The notes under the pieces are model-generated. The model made no database searches. It had not been told where the DNA came from and saw only the letters and a list, made by a program, of their open reading frames with translations. This document shows positions 1-5,174 of a DNA stretch of 64,000 nt, piece after piece. Where the stretch lies: the IMG/VR virus record IMGVR_UViG_3300047558_000137, positions 310,315-374,314 of that record. One strand, given 5' to 3'. The position numbers and the translations under genes were made by a program. Within the stretch, counting starts at the first letter, position 1. Every line of letters begins with the position of its first letter.

Positions 1-808
1 AATGTCCCATAATCAATGGAGAAAAAGTCTTCTCGGTCACCGATATGGTATTGCCATACTCAATTGATTCTCCGTATATAGAAACAAATGTATTCCTATA
101 GTATTCTCTATGTGGTGGTGCGTATACAATTGGTCTGTGACGACTTATACCACGCTCTAATTCTGCAACATCTCTGCACATAGGTCTTTCTGACTGCGGA
201 AATAGTGCTCTTGGAGGGTTGCTGTCAACGCTTCCTATATAGCCACGATCATTAAACGATTGCAAAAGATCAACTAACATAGTCCTGTATTTTCTAGGAC
301 GATCTGTATTACGATATGTTGTGTTAGTTGAAACAAAAATTTTGTTTTTCTGCATTGCATCAGGATGATCAACTGATTCATAATCACTTGGATGACTATA
401 GTGCAATACATGTGAACTATCACTATATTTGTAATGTTCATAATATGATTTGGTCATATTATATAGATAATCCAAGTAGATGATCTTAGGATGTTCTACA
501 TTTGGATCATAGGCACTAGTAAATGTTAAATCATGCACTGACCCAGGAATTCTATCTAGAATACGCTGTGCTTGATCTTCTTCTACGTGTAGATCAAACA
601 TGATCATTGAGCGATAACTATAAGTCTTATACAGATCTGCGTCAATACAGTCTGATTTATAAAAATTATTTGCAATCAATATGTCAACAGCACCACTATA
701 ATCTGTATTTTTACGATACTGATAGTTGGTATTGTTTAGATCAAAGAACCAACCATATTGATTCTTACGTGTGACTTTGTTGAAGTCTGGGTCTAGTATT
801 GTTAGCAT
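1..808 (-). CDS. Hypothetical glycosyltransferase-like protein (TEKT...PL..GH family), 3' end outside window
   Basis: Not in ORF track. Manual translation from ATG at 808 (MLTILDPDFNK...) appears open to the window edge and ends ...VSIYGESIEYGNTISVTEKTFSPLIMGH, the same motif as ORFs 3942-5051 and 51323-52309. Confidence 0.7.
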   Translation of the reverse strand, partial: MLTILDPDFNKVTRKNQYGWFFDLNNTNYQYRKNTDYSGAVDILIANNFYKSDCIDADLYKTYSYRSMIMFDLHVEEDQAQRILDRIPGSVHDLTFTSAYDPNVEHPKIIYLDYLYNMTKSYYEHYKYSDSSHVLHYSHPSDYESVDHPDAMQKNKIFVSTNTTYRNTDRPRKYRTMLVDLLQSFNDRGYIGSVDSNPPRALFPQSERPMCRDVAELERGISRHRPIVYAPPHREYYRNTFVSIYGESIEYGNTISVTEKTFSPLIMGH

Positions 809-822
809 GTATATATTATATA

Positions 823-899
823 TGGCGACCCCGAATGGATTTGAACCACTGACATTTGGTTTTGGAGACCAACGTTCTGCCGGACTGAACTACGGAGCC
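823..899 (-). tRNA. tRNA-Trp(CCA)
   Basis: GGCTCCG/CGGGGTC acceptor, anticodon arm TTGGT-CT CCA AA-ACCAA, TTCAAAT T-loop, encoded CCA. Confidence 0.95.
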
Positions 900-907
900 A
901 TATTAAA

Positions 908-1121
908 TTTGTAAGTAGTGCTACCATCATTATAAGCACCATTCACCCTTTACGTAAAGCCTAGGCTGGGACTCGGTACGTTACTTGGGATTCATCCAGC
1001 CTGTGCGCCACTATGCACCCGAGTCTTCCGACCCGTTGGGAATCGAACCCACGACCTTTTACTGTTTAGGTAGTTCGAACATACCATTAACAGCGTGACT
1101 TCACTTGCTAACACTTACAAA
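908..1121 (-). ncRNA. Unidentified ~215-nt multibranch structured RNA in tRNA array
   Basis: Terminal 9-bp inverted repeat TTTGTAAGT/ACTTACAAA; internal hairpins TGGG-TTCGATT-CCCA, CGGGTC-GGAA-GACTCG, AGGCTGG/CCAGCCT; fills the gap between two tRNAs. Confidence 0.65.
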
Positions 1122-1124
1122 ACT

Positions 1125-1216
1125 TGGCGGAAGGCGGAGGAGTCGAACCCCATCCCCGTTAGGAGAACCTGGTTTTCAAGGCCAGTCGCAGGACCAACCC
1201 CGCTGCATCACCTTCC
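1125..1216 (-). tRNA. tRNA-Ser(UGA) with 8/4 acceptor/T-stem fold
   Basis: Acceptor GGAAGGTG/CGCCTTCC (8 bp), T-stem GGGG/CCTC (4 bp), anticodon loop CT TGA AA, long variable arm TCTCC/GGGGA, G73, CCA. Confidence 0.9.
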
Positions 1217-1225
1217 ATAATAGAT

Positions 1226-1374
1226 TTTCTGAGTGACCAGCTATCTTTCTCAAGGACTCACTGGCTTGTCTCGTAGAGGAGAGTTTAAACTACCCGATGT
1301 TGCTACTGGTGTGTCAGTCTCAAGAATAGGGACCTAGCGCACCGGGGACTCAATCCAAACGTCTAACTCAGAAA
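1226..1374 (-). ncRNA. Unidentified ~150-nt structured RNA in tRNA array
   Basis: Terminal inverted repeat TTTCTGAGT/ACTCAGAAA nearly spanning the gap between flanking tRNA-type genes; internal hairpins. Confidence 0.55.
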
Positions 1375-1376
1375 CT

Positions 1377-1449
1377 TGGTGGATCAATGCGGGTTCGAAC
1401 CGCTACTGAGACCCATAATGGCAATCCCAGTTACTCCTAGACTTGACCC
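1377..1449 (-). ncRNA. tRNA-like RNA lacking a D-stem, with Ala identity elements (tmRNA tRNA-like-domain mimic)
   Basis: GGGTCAA/TTGATCC acceptor with G3.U70, A73, CCA; GCGG-TTCGAAC-CCGC T-arm; unpaired D-loop GTCTAGGAGTA; long ACTGGGAT/GTCTCAGT stem in place of an anticodon arm. Confidence 0.7.
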
Positions 1450-1455
1450 ATAACT

Positions 1456-1530
1456 TGGTGGAAGTAGCTAGATTCGAACTAGCGATAGTTACCGTATGAA
1501 GGTAGTGCATTACCACTTTGCTATACTTCC
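1456..1530 (-). tRNA. tRNA with CAU anticodon (Met or Ile2)
   Basis: GGAAGTA/TACTTCC acceptor, anticodon loop TT CAT AC, GCTAG-TTCGAAT-CTAGC T-arm, CCA. Confidence 0.9.
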
Positions 1531-1531
1531 A

Positions 1532-1625
1532 GTATTCTAAAACACATTAGTTGCCTAGCTTTGTCCCGGCAGTCGTTACCCGTCAAAAGGATAAAGAGCG
1601 TTTCATCTAATATGCTTTAGAATAC
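1532..1625 (-). ncRNA. Unidentified ~94-nt RNA closed by a 19-bp stem
   Basis: GTATTCTAAAGCATATTAG pairs fully with CTAATGTGTTTTAGAATAC on the minus strand using two G.U pairs (A.C mismatches on plus). Confidence 0.6.
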
Positions 1626-1637
1626 CCTGCATTTCTG

Positions 1638-1768
1638 CAGGATATGATAGGGTTGATACCCTACCCAGTTATTTGTACTCTGCCGTTATCGCCAGCATTT
1701 CATCCAACTGTCCGCCCGTTTGTGGCATGTTTTAAGTGCGCCACCCAGTCCTCGTTACTGGTATCCTT
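1638..1768 (-). ncRNA. Unidentified ~130-nt multibranch RNA
   Basis: Closing AGGATA/TATCCT stem with hairpins CCAGT/ACTGG, GTGGC/GCCAC, TAGGGT/ACCCTA. Confidence 0.5.
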
Positions 1769-1777
1769 CACACTACT

Positions 1778-1942
1778 CTACGGTTGTAAAGTACGTTCTT
1801 CCTGAACTTTTCTGGAACGATAGTGCCTTTCGGCCCGTTCCATCTTATCTTGGATCAACTTGTGTAGCTGTTCCTTAGTAAGAGTATGTTCAGTTGTGAA
1901 CTTTACTTCTCGCATACGTTGTTTCAAATTCACTTGTTTCAT
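1778..1942 (-). CDS. Small basic hypothetical protein (54 aa), first gene after the attenuator-like terminator
   Basis: ATG at 1942 (MKQVNLKQRMRE...) preceded by AGGA; the ORF-track start at 1960 lies in the terminator U-tract. Confidence 0.5.
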   Translation of the reverse strand: MKQVNLKQRMREVKFTTEHTLTKEQLHKLIQDKMERAERHYRSRKVQEERTLQP

Positions 1943-1958
1943 TTTCTTTCCTACAAAC

Positions 1959-1991
1959 AAAAAACCCTAGGGTTTTTAGTCCTAGGGTTCC
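1959..1991 (-). terminator. Intrinsic terminator, putative attenuator
   Basis: AACCCTAGG-ACTAAAAAC-CCTAGGGTT followed by TTTTG on minus strand; its 5' arm GGAACCCT is also complementary to AGGGTTCC in the upstream leader ORF. Confidence 0.8.
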
Positions 1992-2019
1992 TTTTAGTTT
2001 AGAATGTAAGTTTGTTTAC

Positions 2020-2163
2020 TTAACCATCCCATCCCTCTCGGAACCCTGTTGTAATCTCTGGTGTGCGATCACTATTTGTATTCGCAAACAAAGACCAATA
2101 GGCTGACATGCCTAGTCCGGGCTGTTGTTGTTTAAGCGAATGACAGAATGTGTGTTGCATCAT
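2020..2163 (-). CDS. Putative attenuator leader peptide (47 aa)
   Basis: MMQHTFCHSLKQQQPGLGMSAYWSLFANTNSDRTPEITTGFREGWDG*; ATG 7 nt after a consensus -10 box; ends about 30 nt before the terminator. Confidence 0.65.
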   Translation of the reverse strand: MMQHTFCHSLKQQQPGLGMSAYWSLFANTNSDRTPEITTGFREGWDG

Positions 2164-2170
2164 GTTTCCT

Positions 2171-2199
2171 ATTGTATTTTATTTATCTCTTTGTGTCAA
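2171..2199 (-). promoter_or_regulatory. sigma70-type promoter with late-type ATAAATA in the spacer
   Basis: TTGACA-17 nt (caaagagataaataaaa)-TACAAT. Confidence 0.8.
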
Positions 2200-2233
2200 C
2201 CACTATATCAAATAGTGGTAAAATTGTTCATTT

Positions 2234-2324
2234 TGGTAGGAGAGACCGGAGTCGAACCGATATCAGCCAATTATCTGTTGCTACGGGGTATAAGCCCGCC
2301 GTTTTACCATTAAACTACTCTCCC
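2234..2324 (-). tRNA. tRNA-Ile(UAU) with long variable region
   Basis: GGGAGAG/CTCTCCT acceptor, GCGGG-CT TAT AC-CCCGT anticodon arm, ~21-nt variable region, TTCGACT T-loop, CCA. Confidence 0.85.
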
Positions 2325-2332
2325 AGAAAATT

Positions 2333-2418
2333 TGGTGCGACTGGCCGGAATCGAACCGGCACGCCATTACAGCGGGAGATTTTAAGTCTCCTGTGGCTAC
2401 CAATTACACCACAGTCGC
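2333..2418 (-). tRNA. tRNA-Leu(UAA)
   Basis: GCGACTG/CAGTCGC acceptor, GGAGA-CT TAA AA-TCTCC, long variable arm, CCA. Confidence 0.95.
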
Positions 2419-2426
2419 ATCTACGA

Positions 2427-2477
2427 TCATAACAATCGTATTCGTAACTGGAATGTGTCTAAGGTAAGTTGTTTCAT
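2427..2477 (-). CDS. Putative 16-aa leader peptide rich in UUA/UUG/AUA codons
   Basis: ATG AAA CAA CTT ACC TTA GAC ACA TTC CAG TTA CGA ATA CGA TTG TTA TGA (MKQLTLDTFQLRIRLL*); ATG follows the -10 box by 6 nt; stop is 8 nt before tRNA-Leu(UAA). Confidence 0.55.
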   Translation of the reverse strand: MKQLTLDTFQLRIRLL

Positions 2478-2483
2478 GATCTA

Positions 2484-2512
2484 ATTGTAATTTATTTATC
2501 TTTTACTGTCAA
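2484..2512 (-). promoter_or_regulatory. sigma70-type promoter with late-type ATAAATA in the spacer
   Basis: TTGACA-17 nt (gtaaaagataaataaat)-TACAAT. Confidence 0.8.
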
Positions 2513-3369
2513 ATGACTTTTGCATCTGTACAGCTCTTGCATAAACTGCCGCTATTGTAGCAAGGTTCTGCATTCAGTGCAAGCAATTTGGTAAATTCAG
2601 GACCTGTAAACAAATCTTCATACTTTTGTGTTAAAAGATTGCCCAGCACATGCTTGGTATCGTAGTCCATACAGCATAATACTACATCTCCATTAGGCAA
2701 CAAAACGTTTTGGTCATATAGACTTGTTTTACCGCAAACTACGGGCTTTTTGTGTTCTATAGTAAACACAACAGGTTGCTCTTTGATCTGCTCTTTGTTT
2801 AATGTACCTGCACGATCATGGGCCGCAATACTCCAATCATGACTGACGTATACCCCGGGTAAATGGCGAATTGCTGGATGCACTCCATGATCACTCATGG
2901 CCATTGCTTCGTAATGTATACCTGCTGCCTGTACAATTTCACGCATACCAATGTAGGCGTATTCCCATTCTTCACTGAGCTTCCAACCCTTCATGTTACC
3001 TGCTTCGTCAGGAAAGTGTATCTTGAATATGTCAACTTGGCCTGCATGATTTAGTAACAGTTCGCCTACTCTATGTACTGTAGTTTCGTCCCAGTTGTAT
3101 AGTGTAGTAAAGATGGCAACTTGCCTATCATTTTCTAGGGCATACTCTAGCATGTCTGTACAGGCCGGATTAACCCAGGGTTCTGCCATGCCAGAAAAGT
3201 CAATACGACAATCCCATGGTAGTCGATCTACTACTGTTTTAAATGTATCCAAGCTCATATACTTGGCATCTTCTTTACCATATGCATCACGTAGGTTGTC
3301 TTGTGGACAAAACGTACACATTAGGGGACAACCAATCATGGTTGTTATTTCCATTGTTTTGTGGCTCAT
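2509..3369 (-). CDS. Radical SAM protein with SPASM/twitch domain
   Basis: CPLMCTFC (CxxxCxxC) and C-terminal C...GDVVLCC...CKSC. Confidence 0.9.
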   Translation of the reverse strand: MSHKTMEITTMIGCPLMCTFCPQDNLRDAYGKEDAKYMSLDTFKTVVDRLPWDCRIDFSGMAEPWVNPACTDMLEYALENDRQVAIFTTLYNWDETTVHRVGELLLNHAGQVDIFKIHFPDEAGNMKGWKLSEEWEYAYIGMREIVQAAGIHYEAMAMSDHGVHPAIRHLPGVYVSHDWSIAAHDRAGTLNKEQIKEQPVVFTIEHKKPVVCGKTSLYDQNVLLPNGDVVLCCMDYDTKHVLGNLLTQKYEDLFTGPEFTKLLALNAEPCYNSGSLCKSCTDAKVI

Positions 3370-3608
3370 GACTTATTTAACTGTGCCCAAGCGAGCCAGG
3401 ATCTAAAACTTTCATAGACCGCTTGCGCTTCTTTATCATCTTGATCGATTCGTACTCCACGCACATAGAAACCATTATGGCTCACACGTAGCATTTCTTC
3501 TGAACCTGAATGAAAAATAATGCTATTTTTTGCCGCTTCAATTGCATCTACATCGATACTAAACAACTTTTTTGGGGGTTGTTCGTAGTTAAACTGAGAG
3601 GTGGTCAT
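3366..3608 (-). CDS. Hypothetical protein
   Basis: ORF tightly packed with neighbours. Confidence 0.7.
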   Translation of the reverse strand: MTTSQFNYEQPPKKLFSIDVDAIEAAKNSIIFHSGSEEMLRVSHNGFYVRGVRIDQDDKEAQAVYESFRSWLAWAQLNKS

Positions 3609-3945
3609 GCTTAATTTCCCTTACTGGATCGCCCAATGCTTCGGCTAGGTTGTTCTTAATTGTAACACGTATGTTATTATAATTACGAATTTCAACTGCT
3701 CTGCGCCCAATCTCCTCGTAGCCTAGGTTGTCTTCTAGTCCGCGACGTAGATCGCTTTCCAATGCCCAAATGCTTAGATGCACAACTTCTAGTCGCTCAA
3801 GCAATGGCTGTACAGGTTCTAGATCAAATCTTTTGGCCTGTTCAGCATAGTAATCGTATTCAGCTTGGTTACCTAGACCTTTATCTAGTTTAATCTTGGC
3901 AATTACTAATCGATCTAATAGTTCTACTACTGGGAAAAATATCAT
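3589..3945 (-). CDS. Hypothetical helical protein (ELLDRL...IW.LE..LR family)
   Basis: ORF with 4-nt overlap to upstream gene. Confidence 0.75.
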   Translation of the reverse strand: MIFFPVVELLDRLVIAKIKLDKGLGNQAEYDYYAEQAKRFDLEPVQPLLERLEVVHLSIWALESDLRRGLEDNLGYEEIGRRAVEIRNYNNIRVTIKNNLAEALGDPVREIKHDHLSV

Positions 3946-5051
3946 ACGTACTTCTTAAATTGTTCTAATGTTAAGTCAGGAAGATTAATGTAATCTGTGT
4001 CTGCATATTGTGGCAGTGCATCAATTAAGATTTTATACAAATCAAAATAGACTTCTTCTGCTAAACGATACATAATCATTCTGTTATGCTGACGAATTTC
4101 TTGTGTTGGCTCAACAAGTTTTACATCAGATTTAACTAAGCGTTCAACTTCTGCGGCCACTGCACGTAGGCGCTCTCCTGGATACTCTAGACTATCGTAA
4201 GACTCATCTATTAGATCGCCAAACGTTTTAAACCCAAAGGCATGTAAGTGTCTAAGTGTATATTGCCCGCCTACTACAAGAAATGGATGCCCAACTAATA
4301 ACGGCTTGTATGTTTTCTCTGTTACAAAGGTTTCGTTAGGTGCTGTTTCCAATGCTAGACTAAATTCTGTGTGCCAGTAATGCGGCGGATAGAAGTTTTC
4401 AAATCTAAAATCTTCATGGAAGTTTGCATTGGGCCAATCAATGATTGGCTTAACATCTAGTTCAGTACGATCGGGAATTCTGTAATCAATGAAGCTGTGG
4501 ATGCTTTGATTTAAGATATCTCGTTCAATCAGTTCCTTAAACATTTCTTCTCTATTGTGTCGGCGTGTGCCATTTAAGAAAAGATATTTAAAAGTCTTTG
4601 GAAATGTGCTGATACCATCTGCGGTATATGCAAGTCTAGCACGATTAAACTCTGTAGTTAGTCTATAGACAAAATACTTGTCTAGATTGTGTTCAACGAA
4701 ACCATCAACTGCCCTATTGCCTTGCTTAACCAAGTGAATAGGTATGCGTCTACGCACATAGTCCCTAGTGGGGTAATAACTACTGCTTAGTGTACTTTCA
4801 CACTCACTTGGATAGTAGAAAATAATTGGAATGCCCAGGCTAGCACAACGATCAATAATTTGCTTGGCATAGTCGCCATCGTTGCCCGGGACTTCTTCAA
4901 CAAAGGCATCTGTTATTACAGCATCGCCTGTAATATCTTCTGGATTTTTTACAATGGTGTAGGGTATGTTATACAGTTCCAGTACTGTAGTTAATAATCG
5001 ATTTCTTGCACTACTAGGCCCAAGGGTCTGTCGAATTAAAAAATTTATCAT
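3942..5051 (-). CDS. Glycosyltransferase-like protein (TEKTYKPL..GHPF family)
   Basis: Start corrected to MINFLIRQ (5051), because the longer ORF overlaps tRNA-Leu; ETAPNETFVTEKTYKPLLVGHPF resembles the GT10-like motif. Confidence 0.65.
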   Translation of the reverse strand: MINFLIRQTLGPSSARNRLLTTVLELYNIPYTIVKNPEDITGDAVITDAFVEEVPGNDGDYAKQIIDRCASLGIPIIFYYPSECESTLSSSYYPTRDYVRRRIPIHLVKQGNRAVDGFVEHNLDKYFVYRLTTEFNRARLAYTADGISTFPKTFKYLFLNGTRRHNREEMFKELIERDILNQSIHSFIDYRIPDRTELDVKPIIDWPNANFHEDFRFENFYPPHYWHTEFSLALETAPNETFVTEKTYKPLLVGHPFLVVGGQYTLRHLHAFGFKTFGDLIDESYDSLEYPGERLRAVAAEVERLVKSDVKLVEPTQEIRQHNRMIMYRLAEEVYFDLYKILIDALPQYADTDYINLPDLTLEQFKKYV

Positions 5052-5057
5052 GTTATA

Positions 5058-5134
5058 TGGTGCGGATGGTGGGACTCGAACCCACAAAATTTGGCTTCTA
5101 AGACCAACACGTATACCAATTCCATCACATCCGC
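5058..5134 (-). tRNA. tRNA-Leu(UAG), short variable loop
   Basis: GCGGATG/CATCCGC acceptor, TTGGT-CT TAG AA-GCCAA, 5-nt variable loop, CCA. Confidence 0.92.
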
Positions 5135-5145
5135 GTATGTGATCT

Positions 5146-5174
5146 AGTATAGTGTATATATCTTTATTTGTCAA
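5146..5174 (-). promoter_or_regulatory. sigma70-type promoter for tRNA-Leu(UAG)
   Basis: TTGACA-17-TATACT. Confidence 0.8.

Noticed and set aside
1125-1216. tRNA-Sec or opal suppressor (Sec-like GGAAG start, 8-bp acceptor)
   Set aside because: The anticodon is UGA (reads Ser UCA), not UCA, and the T-stem is 4 bp
1377-1777. Complete or two-piece tmRNA
   Set aside because: The helix closes in a small hairpin within 73 nt; no tag reading frame or pseudoknots were recognised nearby
2125-2432. Plus-strand ORFs 2125-2313 and 2148-2432
   Set aside because: Antisense to tRNA genes and promoters
5135-5145. Leader peptides before the tRNAs at 5058 and 6777
   Set aside because: Only 11 nt separate the -10 box from each tRNA, leaving no room for a uORF
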